Shown piece by piece: positions 63,495 through 64,000 of a stretch of DNA of 64,000 bases. Each line of letters opens with the position of its first letter. The first letter of the stretch is position 1. The notes under the pieces were generated by a model, which searched no databases, was not told the DNA's origin, and saw only the letters and a program-made list of their open reading frames with translations. Source of the stretch: Felis catus (taxonomy: Eukaryota); the NCBI RefSeq assembly GCF_018350175.1, contig NC_058368.1:24306001-24370000 (forward strand), given 5' to 3'. A program made the position numbers and the translations under genes.

Positions 63495-63660
63495 AAAACT
63501 TCAGATAAGAAAATTTGTTCAGGATTATAAAATTGTAATAAACAGAATTGCTGGGAAAAATGATTTCAATGCATTGGATTTCATAGTGCTAAAAATCGTC
63601 ATTCCATAGTTGAATCACTTTCTGAATGAATATATAAAACCTGCTTTTGATTTACAAGTT
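63495..63660 (+). terminator. ESD: ESD 3' UTR with candidate poly(A) signals AATAAA 63537-63542 and AATGAA/TATAAA 63625-63638
   Basis: Hexamers read directly downstream of the stop codon. Confidence 0.65.
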
Positions 63661-64000
63661 ATTTTGCCAATGTTGGGAAATATTTAATACATTACAGCTT
63701 TCTCAAGGTCATTTGGAAATCATTGTATTAACCTCAGGCCACAGAATATGAATATAATCGCATTTAAATCATAGAATGTTAACTCAGAAATTGGTTTAAG
63801 AGGTAATTTAGCCTAAACCCCTCACTTTTCCAGACTTTAAGTCTGTGAAGGCATGGACTGTCTTCATTGTGTTTATTGTTCTGTCTCTAGTATCTGCCAA
63901 CCACTTGGCTTCTAGGAGGCATTTAGTAACTATTTGTTGTTGAGTAAGGAATGAGGCTCAGAAAGATTAAGTAAATTCTCCATCATTACACAGTTATTTG

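Noticed and set aside
1..64000. A novel multi-gene biological system
   Set aside because: Apart from ESD, I found no supportable coding exons or RNA genes; the remaining structure is explained by known repeat classes.

Overview
Mammalian genomic DNA, almost certainly from a felid: it is dense in carnivore tRNA-derived Can-SINEs, including young Felis-type copies with the TTCAGCCAGGTCACG variant. The window holds the complete + strand ESD gene (esterase D / S-formylglutathione hydrolase). It has a CpG-island promoter and non-coding first exon near 39.3 kb, then eight coding exons (43528-63494, all GT-AG) that join into an intact 849-nt, 282-aa ORF with the Ser149-Asp226-His260 triad. The first ~1.8 kb is probably the end of the 3' UTR of the upstream neighbour (HTR2A by recalled synteny; no coding sequence is visible). 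The rest is intergenic or intronic DNA filled with SINE, L1, LTR, MIR/L2 and DNA-transposon relics. Nearly all ORF-track entries are spurious repeat-derived ORFs. I found no convincing new multi-gene system. The best leads are regulatory and retrotransposon-architecture observations: a near-perfect inverted SINE pair and a possible intronic polyadenylation route in the last ESD intron, a possibly shifted poly(A) signal, a TCT/TOP-like start with an overlapping uORF, an orphan L1 5' UTR promoter, and serial reuse of one insertion site.
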